This document shows, one piece after another, positions 9,923-19,644 of a stretch of 64,000 nucleotides of DNA. Where the stretch lies: assembly GCA_963814875.1 (NCBI GenBank), contig CAWFFJ010000015.1:138908-202907 (forward strand), given 5' to 3'. Origin of the DNA: an uncultured Acidobacteriota bacterium. GTDB lineage: Bacteria > Acidobacteriota > Thermoanaerobaculia > Thermoanaerobaculales > Sulfomarinibacteraceae. The notes below the pieces were generated by a model, which was not told where the DNA came from, did not search any database, and saw only the letters and a list, made by a program, of their open reading frames with translations. The translations under genes and the position numbers were made by a program. Each line of letters starts with the position of its first letter. The stretch's first letter is position 1.

Positions 9923-10132
9923 CACCACCAAGACACCAAGACACCAAGCAGGCGCTGAAGGTGATCGATGGCTTCTGGGTCGGCGTAGTCCGACGTTGAC
10001 GGGGCTGCGTGAAGCCACAGAGGGCTCTTGATGGAGACTCCGTCATGCGAGAAGCAGCTCCTGAGAGGGAGTATCGGTTGGCGAACTGCCAGCATCTTTC
10101 GGACTCCCTTGGTGTCTTGGTGTCTTGGTGGT
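9923..10132. repeat. octamer-arm inverted-repeat element, copy 1 (no intact cargo)
   Basis: Left arm 9923-9948 is CACCACCAAGACACCAAGACACCAAG. Right arm 10108-10132 is CTTGGTGTCTTGGTGTCTTGGTGGT, its reverse complement. The 159-bp non-coding interior begins GGCGCTGAAGGTGA..ATGGCTT, like the interior next to 12865. Confidence 0.8.
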
Positions 10133-10163
10133 TTCTTTTCGCACGCTCCCGGTGGGGGGCGCG

Positions 10164-12785
<2,622 letters not shown>

Positions 12786-12807
<22 letters not shown>

Positions 12808-12865
12808 GACACAGGGGAGCACAGAGCCCCCGCCCACCCGAAGTGAAACCACCAAGACACCAAGG
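12786..12865. repeat. left composite terminus of the cassette
   Basis: GAACAAACCACAGAGGCACTGAGACACAGGGGAGCACAGAG (8-nt periodic CACNGAGN), then CCCCCGCCCACCCGAAGTGAA, then ACCACCAAGACACCAAGG. It contains the stop codon (12805-12807) of the XdhD-like gene. Confidence 0.85.
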
Positions 12866-12988
12866 CGCTGCAAGTGAATGGCTTGAGGCGGTGGGGTGAC
12901 AAGAACGAATCGGGCATGTAGGGAGCGGCTGGCACTAGCCCGGACCCCCAACCCCAGCTGCCTCTGGTAGCATCGCCGCGGAGAGCCA

Positions 12989-13642
12989 GTGTCGCTCGCG
13001 AAAACCCTCACCCCAGAGAAGGCGCTGATCTTCAGGATCACACATCAGAGGAACGTCCCGTGGATTCTTGAGCATGGGCTCCACTGCCGGAGCTCGAACA
13101 TCGTGGACTCGGACTTCGTGAGCATTGGCAATCAAGACCTGATCGACAAGCGCGCGTCTCGTCTCGTTCCGGCGCACCCGGGGGGCGAGCTCGGCGACTA
13201 TATCCCCTTCTATTTCACGCCATATTCGCCGATGCTCCTCAACATCAGGACGGGCCGCGGCAACGTGAAAAGGCGGCGCAACGAGGAGATCGCCATCTTG
13301 GTGTCATCGCTCGCCCGCCTGTCGGAGCACGGGGTCAGGTACTTGATCACAGATAGCCACGCCTTCCTGGCGACAGCGCAGTTTTCTACAAACCTCGATG
13401 ACCTCAGAGAGTGGCTCCCATGGGAGCACCTCCAGGAACGCAACTTCAAGAGGGACCCAGACGACCCGACAGCGTTCGAGCGCTACCAAGCGGAGGCCTT
13501 GGCGCACAAGGAAGTGCCTACTGAGGCGCTGTTGGGCGTCGTTTGTTACACTGAGGGCGTAAGATCCAACCTAGAAGCCGAGCGGGTGAAACGCCGGGTT
13601 GACCTCAAGGTCCTGACGAAGCCAGATTGGTATTTCCCATGA
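12989..13642 (+). CDS. darT: DarT ssDNA ADP-ribosyltransferase toxin (DUF4433)
   Basis: 217 aa. N-terminal IFRITHQRNVPWILEHGL and C-terminal ERYQAEALAHKEVP match the DUF4433 pattern (xHITHxxNLxxIL... / QAEfLV with a catalytic Glu). GTG start after GGAGAG. The stop overlaps the darG ATG (ATGA at 13639-13642). Confidence 0.85.
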   Translation: MSLAKTLTPEKALIFRITHQRNVPWILEHGLHCRSSNIVDSDFVSIGNQDLIDKRASRLVPAHPGGELGDYIPFYFTPYSPMLLNIRTGRGNVKRRRNEEIAILVSSLARLSEHGVRYLITDSHAFLATAQFSTNLDDLREWLPWEHLQERNFKRDPDDPTAFERYQAEALAHKEVPTEALLGVVCYTEGVRSNLEAERVKRRVDLKVLTKPDWYFP

Positions 13643-14712
13643 TGCGATTCACCTCGGGCAACATGCTCCAAGCCGACGTCGAGGCGCTGGTCAACACAGT
13701 TAACACCGTCGGCGTGATGGGTAAGGGCATCGCCTTGATGTTCAAGGAGGCGTACCCGGAGAACTTCAAGTCCTACGTCGCGGCGTACAAGCGTGGGGAG
13801 ATTCGAACCGGCCACATGTTCGTCACCGAATTGCCCGCACGCCTTGAGGGCGGTCCGCGGTGGATCATCAACTTCCCAACCAAGGAGCATTGGCGGGGCC
13901 GGTCGAGAATGGAGTGGATCACCAAAGGACTCGAGGACCTCCGCCGTGTCATTCGCGAGAGGGGGATCTCCTCGATCGCAGTACCGCCCCTCGGGTGCGG
14001 CGCGGGAGGCCTCAACTGGCCGGATGTTCGGGCGGCGATCGTGGAGGCACTCGGCGATCTCAAGGCAGTCAACGTGGTCGTCTACGAGCCGACCTCGCAG
14101 TACCAGAACGTCACCAAACGGCGTGGCCTGCAGAAGCTCACGCCGGCCCGGGCGATGGTGGCCGAGTTGGTGCGCAGCTACTCCGTGCTCGGCATCGAGT
14201 GTTCGGTCCTCGAAATCCAGAAGATGGCCTGGTTCCTTGAGCGCAGCATCGAGAAACTGGACCTCCCCAACCCTCTCAACCTCTGCTTCGAGGCCAATAG
14301 GTACGGGCCGTACGCCGACCGGCTCCGCCACCTACTCGACGACCTTGACGGTAGCTACCTGCACTGTGAGCGCCGCCTGGCGGACGCGCGCCCCGCCGAC
14401 GCCATTTGGTTCGACGATGCCAAGCGGGACCTCGTCGCCGCCTACCTCGGCTCCGGCGACGCCAAGCAATACCAGGACGCGCTCGACAGGACGACCGCAC
14501 TGATCGACGGCTTCCAGTCGCCTCTCGGTCTCGAGCTGCTGGCGACGGTGGATTGGCTCGTCGCCCGCGAGGGGGTTGAGCCCGAGCTTCAGGCTGTTCG
14601 CGACGCGCTTGCGCACTGGCCAGGCGGCAGATCCGCCGGCGAGCGCAAGCTGCGCCTCTTCGACGACCGCATGCTCGGTTTGGCCCTCGAGCGCCTTTCC
14701 TCAACAACCTAG
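13639..14712 (+). CDS. darG: DarG macrodomain antitoxin (ADP-ribosyl-DNA glycohydrolase) with C-terminal DarT-binding region
   Basis: GNMLQADVEALVNTVNTVGVMGKGIALMFKEAYPENF...SIAVPPLGCGAGGL is a Macro-domain signature. A roughly 200-aa helical C-terminal domain follows. It is translationally coupled to darT. Confidence 0.85.
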   Translation: MMRFTSGNMLQADVEALVNTVNTVGVMGKGIALMFKEAYPENFKSYVAAYKRGEIRTGHMFVTELPARLEGGPRWIINFPTKEHWRGRSRMEWITKGLEDLRRVIRERGISSIAVPPLGCGAGGLNWPDVRAAIVEALGDLKAVNVVVYEPTSQYQNVTKRRGLQKLTPARAMVAELVRSYSVLGIECSVLEIQKMAWFLERSIEKLDLPNPLNLCFEANRYGPYADRLRHLLDDLDGSYLHCERRLADARPADAIWFDDAKRDLVAAYLGSGDAKQYQDALDRTTALIDGFQSPLGLELLATVDWLVAREGVEPELQAVRDALAHWPGGRSAGERKLRLFDDRMLGLALERLSSTT

Positions 14713-14786
14713 GTACCCACAGTTAGGGCAGCACACCTTCGTTCTCCGCCCTCGAGCGCACACAACGCCGGCTGTCGCCTTAGCCC

Positions 14787-14815
14787 TTGCCAACATCGTG
14801 TGGACATCGTATATT
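14787..14815 (+). promoter_or_regulatory. candidate sigma70-type promoter for the TIR-NLR operon
   Basis: TTGCCA (14787-14792), then a 17-nt spacer, then TATATT (14810-14815), about 30 nt upstream of ATG 14846. The spacer carries a direct repeat ACATCGT-GTGG-ACATCGT. It sits in an AT-richer 133-bp gap after darG. Confidence 0.35.
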
Positions 14816-14845
14816 TCGTTAGAAGGCTCGAGTCGGAGGGTCGTC

Positions 14846-15337
14846 ATGGAAACCAAGATCCGCTTCTTCGCTTCCTACGCTGCCAAGGATGGGGCCTTGG
14901 CCGAACGGCTTCTGGAACCGCTTCGCTCGCACCTCGCGGCGTCGAAGCGCTTCGCAGTCACGGTGTGGGACTTCCATCGGCTGTTGGTGGGCGAGCGGTG
15001 GCACGTGAGGATCCTGGCTGAGCTTGACCGGAGCGATTTCGGTCTGCTGCTGCTCAGCCCGGCGTTCTTGACGTCGAGGTACATCGACGAGCACGAGCTG
15101 CCCCGTCTCGTCGGAAAAGGTGAGAAGCCTGTGATCCCGGTCTGTCTGAGGCTCATCGACCTCGAACGCCAGAGCATGAAAGGGCTCGAGCAGTATCAAC
15201 TCTTCCGGCTCGGCGGCCGCACCTTCTCCCAGCTGACGACGGCTGCTCAGCGGGAGCGCTTCGTCTTCGAGCTTTACCGTCAGATCGAGGACCGCGTCGC
15301 TTCCCTGTGGGCACATGGCAGCGGTGAGGCGCCATGA
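14846..15337 (+). CDS. stand-alone TIR-domain protein (163 aa)
   Basis: ATG 14846 follows GGAGGG. KIRFFASYAAKDGALAERL...DFGLLLLSPAFLTSRYIDEHELPRL fits the bacterial TIR pattern (F-x-SY..D ... S..Y..S.(W/Y)x..E). The stop overlaps the next ATG (ATGA at 15334-15337). Confidence 0.8.
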   Translation: METKIRFFASYAAKDGALAERLLEPLRSHLAASKRFAVTVWDFHRLLVGERWHVRILAELDRSDFGLLLLSPAFLTSRYIDEHELPRLVGKGEKPVIPVCLRLIDLERQSMKGLEQYQLFRLGGRTFSQLTTAAQRERFVFELYRQIEDRVASLWAHGSGEAP

Positions 15338-18300
15338 TCGCTGCACGTCGTCGCCTGGGTGGCGGAGCATTGCGAGCAGTGCTGCCGCGGATTGAGGAGC
15401 AGTTAGGCTCGGCCGACTGCGCACGCCTACACCAGTGCTTGGATGCCCAGGACGGCGATCGCCTGCAGATGGCGCGGCTCCTTGAAAGGCTGTTCCCTGG
15501 GAAGTCCACACAGGAAGGGCAGGCCTCGCTGCGGAGCTTCCGGCAAGCATTCAACCGAGCTGCTGAAAATGCGGGGCTCGCCGTTTCCTTCACCGCCGAC
15601 ACGAAGAAACGCACACCGGCGGCCGAGCGTTGGTGCTGGTTCGAGGGTGAGGGGCTCGATGAGGCGACCATGGCGGAACGGTCCGCCGCCGAGGCGGAGC
15701 CCACGGACCCCGAGCGAATGGTCCGGCCACAAGCGAAGAAGCTCGACGCTCGTCAGGTTGTGCGCTGGGTCGTACTGGCCGCACCGCCTGACGGGGACGC
15801 AGCACGCCCGTTCATTGTCGAGCTGGAAAAGTCCCTTCGCGGCTCAAGCCGGTATGACTTCGTTGGCTGGGCGCCGTGGAACGTTCTGGCCGGCGAGAGG
15901 CCCGAGGAGGAGAGGGCGCGCCAGCTCGAGAAGGCCGACCTCGTCCTGGCCATGGTCAGCGCAGGCTTCGCGGCCGACCCTGCCGTCGTTGAGCTGTCGG
16001 ACGACGCCGTCGAGGCTGGGAAGATCGTCGTCCCGGCCCTCCTCAGCCAAGTCGACCCGAAGCGTCAGCGACTGGGCAGAATCGGCGATATCGAGCTATT
16101 CCCAAAGAACGGCAAGTCGTGTGCCGGCTGCTCCTTGCACCAGCGGGGGCAGCTGGCACACGAGCTGTTCACGGTAATCGTCGAGCGAATGGAGAAGGCA
16201 TGCGATGAGGGCGAGAAGCATCGAATCAAGGCGGAGACGGCCCTCGAGCGAGCTTTCCGGGACGATCTCGACGACTCGGGCTTTCCGGCTGAGCCGGTCC
16301 CGAGCCGCGGTCGCCTGACCAAGATCCGGCTGCTGCGAGCCGAACGTGATGAGCGCACAACGGGCCGCATCGACGGCTTCGACGCGGTCGACTACCTGGC
16401 ACGGTGGGCCGCCGACCCCTCCTCGCCCCCGTTCTGCGCTCTGCTCGGCGAGGTCGGCATCGGCAAGACCACCGCCTGCCAGCTCCTCACGCTTCGCTTG
16501 CTTGCAGCACGGAAGGAGGATCCCGGACTCCCGCTCCCGATCTACCTCGATCTGCGGCGCTACTCCTGGGACGGGAAGGTCGACTTCACCCTCGAGCAGA
16601 TCCTCGATGCCGTCCTGAGCCGGAGCTGGCGCGCAGGCTTCGGCGCGCCTCTCGGCGCAGAGGGCGTGATACGCCTCGTCACCGAGGCGGGGGCACTGGC
16701 GATCTTCGACGGGCTCGACGAGGTCCTGGTGCATATGCAGCCGAAGCTCGGCCAGGACTTCATCCGCGAGCTGTGGCGCCTCAGGCCGCCCGTGCGCCGC
16801 CGGGCCAAGCTCACCGACAGGGCGAGAGGAGGCAAGCTGCTGCTTTCATGCCGGTCGCACTACTTCCGCACCGTGCTCGAGCAGAACGCACTGCTCCTCG
16901 GCGAGGAGCGCGAGGGTCTCAGGGGCGAGGACTACGACGCCCTGGAGCTGCTGCCCTTCGACGCCCAACAGATCGAGAGCTACCTGCGGCGAAACCTCCC
17001 CGAAGTCGACGTCGAGCGGGCGCTCGAGCTGATCAGGTCGGTCCACAACCTGCCAGAGCTCGCCGAGCGACCTTTCACCCTGTCGCTGATCGGTGAGCAC
17101 CTGCCCGAGCTGGAGGCGAAGCGGGTCGCCGGCGGCACAGCCCGAGGCATCGACCTCTACCAGGCGGTGGTGGATCGCTGGCTCCAGCGCGACCACGGCA
17201 AGCACCAGCTCAACCCGAGCCACAAGCGGCTGCTCATGGAGAACCTCTCCGCCGAGCTGTGGCGCGCCGGCCGACGCGAGTGGGGCTGTGAGCAGCTCGA
17301 GGCATGGCTTGACGGGTTTCTGTTCGCCAACCCGATCATCGAGGGCGCCTATCGGACCATTGAGCGCGAGGTGCTCAAAGAGGACCTCCGCACCGCCACC
17401 TTTGTCGTGCGCACCGACGACGACACCTTCCGCTTTGCGCACTCCTCATTACAGGAGTACTTCCTCGCATCGAGGCTCCACCGGGCGCTCCGCGAGAATC
17501 ACCCCGAGGCGTGGGCGATCCCCATGCCCTCGGAAGAGACCCTCGGCTTCCTGCTTGAGCTGCTCGAGTCGCGCCCGGAGGACCGCGAGGCGTGCGAAGG
17601 AACGCTCTGCGACATCCTGGCCGTATACCGCCCGCAGGCAAGCGAGCTCGCCTTCAAAGTGTGGCTTCTCGCCCACAGCAACGGTAGGCCCCTTCCCCGA
17701 CCAAAGTGTTTCGACCTCCACGGGGCGGATTTGGCCGGTTGGCACATCTCCGCGCCGCCAGGCCGGTTGGTCGATCTGACGGGTGCCGATCTCCGGAACG
17801 CAAACTTGCGACGCGCCGTACTCGAGCGCGTCACCCTCAACGACGTTGACCTGCGAGGGAGCGATGCCGTCGCGGCCGAGCTTCACGAGGTCGAGCTGCA
17901 TGGAGCGCTGGTATCTGACGCCGACCTCACCGCCACTCTCTGGCGCCGGTCGCGGGTGGTGGATATCGACTTTTCCAAGACGCGTCTCGAGGGCTCGCGC
18001 ATGATCCGGTCGACTCTGAAGAGGGTCACCTTGCCAGGCGCGCGGGGGGAGGTGCTCGCGAGCTGCATGGTCGACGGGGCGGAGCACTCGTCCCTGGACT
18101 CTCGAGGCGGCGCGACGCTGGGGCTCTTCACCGGACATTCAAGTAACGTCGCATCCTGCGCGGTCGCGCCCGACGGCCGCCGCGGGCTCTCCGCGGGTGA
18201 CGACGGCACCGTCAGGCTCTGGGACCTCGACTCCGGCGAGTGCCTGCGCGTGCTCGAGGGACATCGAGCCGGGGTCTCGGCGTGCGCGGTCGCCCCCGAC

Positions 18301-19446
18301 GGCCGCCGCGCGCTCTCCGCGGGTGACGACGGCACCGTCAGGCTCTGGGACCTCGACTCCGACGAGTGCCTGCGCGTGCTCGAGGGGCATCGAGGCCGGG
18401 TTTTGGGGTGCGCGGTCGCCCCCGACGGCCGCCGCGCGCTCTCCGCGGGTGACGACGGCACCGTCAGGCTCTGGGACCTCGACTCCGACGAGTGCCTGCG
18501 CGTGCTCGAGGGACATCGAGGCGGGGTCTCGGCGTGCGCGGTCACCCCCGACGGCCGCCGCGCGCTCTCCGCGGGTCGTGACGACGGCACCGTCAGGCTC
18601 TGGGACCTCGACTCCGGCGAGTGCCTGCGCGTGCTCGAGGGACATCGAGCCGGGGTCTGGGCGTGCGCGGTCGCCCCCGACGGCCACCGCGCGCTCTCCG
18701 CGGGTGGTGGCGACTTCACCGTCAGGCTCTGGGACCTCGACTCCGGCGAGTGCCTGCGCGTGCTCGAGGGGCACGGGCACACCTCTTGGGGGTGCGCGGT
18801 CGCCCCCGACGGCCGCCGCGCGCTCTCCGCGGTTGACGACGGCACCGTCAGGCTCTGGGACCTCGACTCCGGCGAGTGCCTGCGCGTGCTCGGGGGCCAT
18901 CGACACTGGGTTAGGGGGTGCGCGGTCGCGCCCGACGGCCGCCGCGCGCTCTCCGCGGGTCGTGACGACGGCACCGTCAGGCTCTGGGACCTCGACTCCG
19001 GCGAGTGCCTGCGCGTGCTCGAGGGCCATCGACGCTGGGCCTGGGCGTGCGCGGTCGCGCCCGACGGCCGCCGTGCGCTCTCCGCGGGTGACGACGGCAC
19101 CGTCAGGCTCTGGGACCTCGACTCCGGCGAGTGCCTACACGTGCTCGAGGGCCATCGAGGCGAGGTCTGGGCGTGCGCGGTCGCGCCCGACGGCCGCCGC
19201 GCGCTCTCCGCGGGTGACGACGGCACCGTCAGGCTCTGGGACCTCGACTCCGGCCTCGAGACGCTGACCATGGCAACCCTGCCTGGCGGCGAGGCCGCGG
19301 CCCTCGACCCGATTTCAGGCACATGCCGGCGTGCCTCGCCCGGCGCCTGGCGGTGGCTCGGATGGCTCGCCCGCGACCCCGAGACCTGCAAAATCCGCCG
19401 CTACCCCGCCGAGAGCTTTGGCCCGCTGCCCGGGTCTGAAGACTGA
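15334..19446 (+). CDS. NLR-like STAND NTPase: unassigned N-module / TIR-like domain / NACHT / pentapeptide repeats / 9 WD40 repeats (1370 aa)
   Basis: A TIR-like alpha/beta block spans aa 142-242 (VVRWVVLAAPPDG...ADLVLAMVSAGFAADPAVVEL; 15757-16059). Walker A GEVGIGKTT is at 16447-16473 and Walker B LAIFDGLDEV at 16696-16725. A pentapeptide-like block covers aa 793-900 (ADLRNANLRRAVLERVTLNDVDLRGSD...; 17710-18033). Nine GH...TVRLWD WD40 units span 18133-19255. Confidence 0.85.
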   Translation: MIAARRRLGGGALRAVLPRIEEQLGSADCARLHQCLDAQDGDRLQMARLLERLFPGKSTQEGQASLRSFRQAFNRAAENAGLAVSFTADTKKRTPAAERWCWFEGEGLDEATMAERSAAEAEPTDPERMVRPQAKKLDARQVVRWVVLAAPPDGDAARPFIVELEKSLRGSSRYDFVGWAPWNVLAGERPEEERARQLEKADLVLAMVSAGFAADPAVVELSDDAVEAGKIVVPALLSQVDPKRQRLGRIGDIELFPKNGKSCAGCSLHQRGQLAHELFTVIVERMEKACDEGEKHRIKAETALERAFRDDLDDSGFPAEPVPSRGRLTKIRLLRAERDERTTGRIDGFDAVDYLARWAADPSSPPFCALLGEVGIGKTTACQLLTLRLLAARKEDPGLPLPIYLDLRRYSWDGKVDFTLEQILDAVLSRSWRAGFGAPLGAEGVIRLVTEAGALAIFDGLDEVLVHMQPKLGQDFIRELWRLRPPVRRRAKLTDRARGGKLLLSCRSHYFRTVLEQNALLLGEEREGLRGEDYDALELLPFDAQQIESYLRRNLPEVDVERALELIRSVHNLPELAERPFTLSLIGEHLPELEAKRVAGGTARGIDLYQAVVDRWLQRDHGKHQLNPSHKRLLMENLSAELWRAGRREWGCEQLEAWLDGFLFANPIIEGAYRTIEREVLKEDLRTATFVVRTDDDTFRFAHSSLQEYFLASRLHRALRENHPEAWAIPMPSEETLGFLLELLESRPEDREACEGTLCDILAVYRPQASELAFKVWLLAHSNGRPLPRPKCFDLHGADLAGWHISAPPGRLVDLTGADLRNANLRRAVLERVTLNDVDLRGSDAVAAELHEVELHGALVSDADLTATLWRRSRVVDIDFSKTRLEGSRMIRSTLKRVTLPGARGEVLASCMVDGAEHSSLDSRGGATLGLFTGHSSNVASCAVAPDGRRGLSAGDDGTVRLWDLDSGECLRVLEGHRAGVSACAVAPDGRRALSAGDDGTVRLWDLDSDECLRVLEGHRGRVLGCAVAPDGRRALSAGDDGTVRLWDLDSDECLRVLEGHRGGVSACAVTPDGRRALSAGRDDGTVRLWDLDSGECLRVLEGHRAGVWACAVAPDGHRALSAGGGDFTVRLWDLDSGECLRVLEGHGHTSWGCAVAPDGRRALSAVDDGTVRLWDLDSGECLRVLGGHRHWVRGCAVAPDGRRALSAGRDDGTVRLWDLDSGECLRVLEGHRRWAWACAVAPDGRRALSAGDDGTVRLWDLDSGECLHVLEGHRGEVWACAVAPDGRRALSAGDDGTVRLWDLDSGLETLTMATLPGGEAAALDPISGTCRRASPGAWRWLGWLARDPETCKIRRYPAESFGPLPGSED
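18133..19255 (+). repeat. nine tandem 126/129-bp coding repeats (WD40 units) inside the NLR gene
   Basis: Units start at 18133, 18259, 18385, 18511, 18640, 18769, 18895, 19024 and 19150. Between units 2 and 3 the last ~99 nt (GTGCGCGGTCGCCCCCGACGGCCGCCGCGCGCTCTCCGCGGGTGACGACGGCACCGTCAGGCTCTGGGACCTCGACTCC...) are identical, and the other units differ only slightly there. Differences cluster in the first ~27 nt of each unit. Confidence 0.9.
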
Positions 19447-19538
19447 GGCAAACTGGTCGTTGCCGCGGCTGTCCTTCAAGGCCCGGATCGGCTTCCGACC
19501 TTTGGCTTTCTATGGTCTCGCCCTGGGCGGGTGGGCGG

Positions 19539-19632
19539 CTTGGTGTCTTGGTGTCTTGGTGGTTCACTCTTGGGCGGGTGGGGGCTTTCAAACCCTCTGT
19601 GCGTCTCTGTGCCTCAGTGTCTCTGTGGTTTG
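19539..19632. repeat. right composite terminus of the cassette
   Basis: CTTGGTGTCTTGGTGTCTTGGTGGTTCACTCTTGGGCGGGTGGGGGCTTTCAAACCCTCTGTGCGTCTCTGTGCCTCAGTGTCTCTGTGGTTTG is the reverse complement of the left terminus modules. It ends 13 nt before the hydantoinase stop codon (19645-19647). Confidence 0.85.
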
Positions 19633-19644
19633 TCCTTCGTCCCG

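Noticed and set aside
7918-9999. Very long ORFs in alternative frames or strands rich in Arg/Pro/Gly/Ala. Examples are 7918..9999 +, 10619..12607 +, 8591..10018 -, 9888..12524 -, 2917..4386 -, 49621..51207 - and 30662..32614 - (upstream part).
   Set aside because: Their composition is typical of out-of-frame reading of ~75% G+C DNA. Each is fully overlapped by a gene with clear family motifs in another frame. None has recognisable domains.
9918-10031. A 37-codon ORF (MLTTKTPRHQAGAEGDRWLLGRRSPTLTGLREATEGS) inside repeat element copy 1.
   Set aside because: It is short, has no RBS, and its first third is simply the octamer arm translated. No similarity to the GxxExxY protein or anything else is recognisable. 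I treat it as relic sequence.
12965-12973. A possible extended -10 box TGGTAGCAT upstream of darT (GTG 12989).
   Set aside because: It matches the -10 consensus at only 4 of 6 positions, has no clear -35, and would leave an extremely short leader. The evidence is not strong enough to list as a feature.
17883-19391. Repetitive antisense or alternative-frame ORFs (17883..19391 -, 18139..19029 -, 18197..19267 +) and the possibility that the regular repeats form a CRISPR array.
   Set aside because: The repeats are contiguous with no unique spacers. Their period of 126/129 bp equals 42/43 codons, and they read in frame as WD40 units of the 15334..19446 gene. The other ORFs are shadows of that array.
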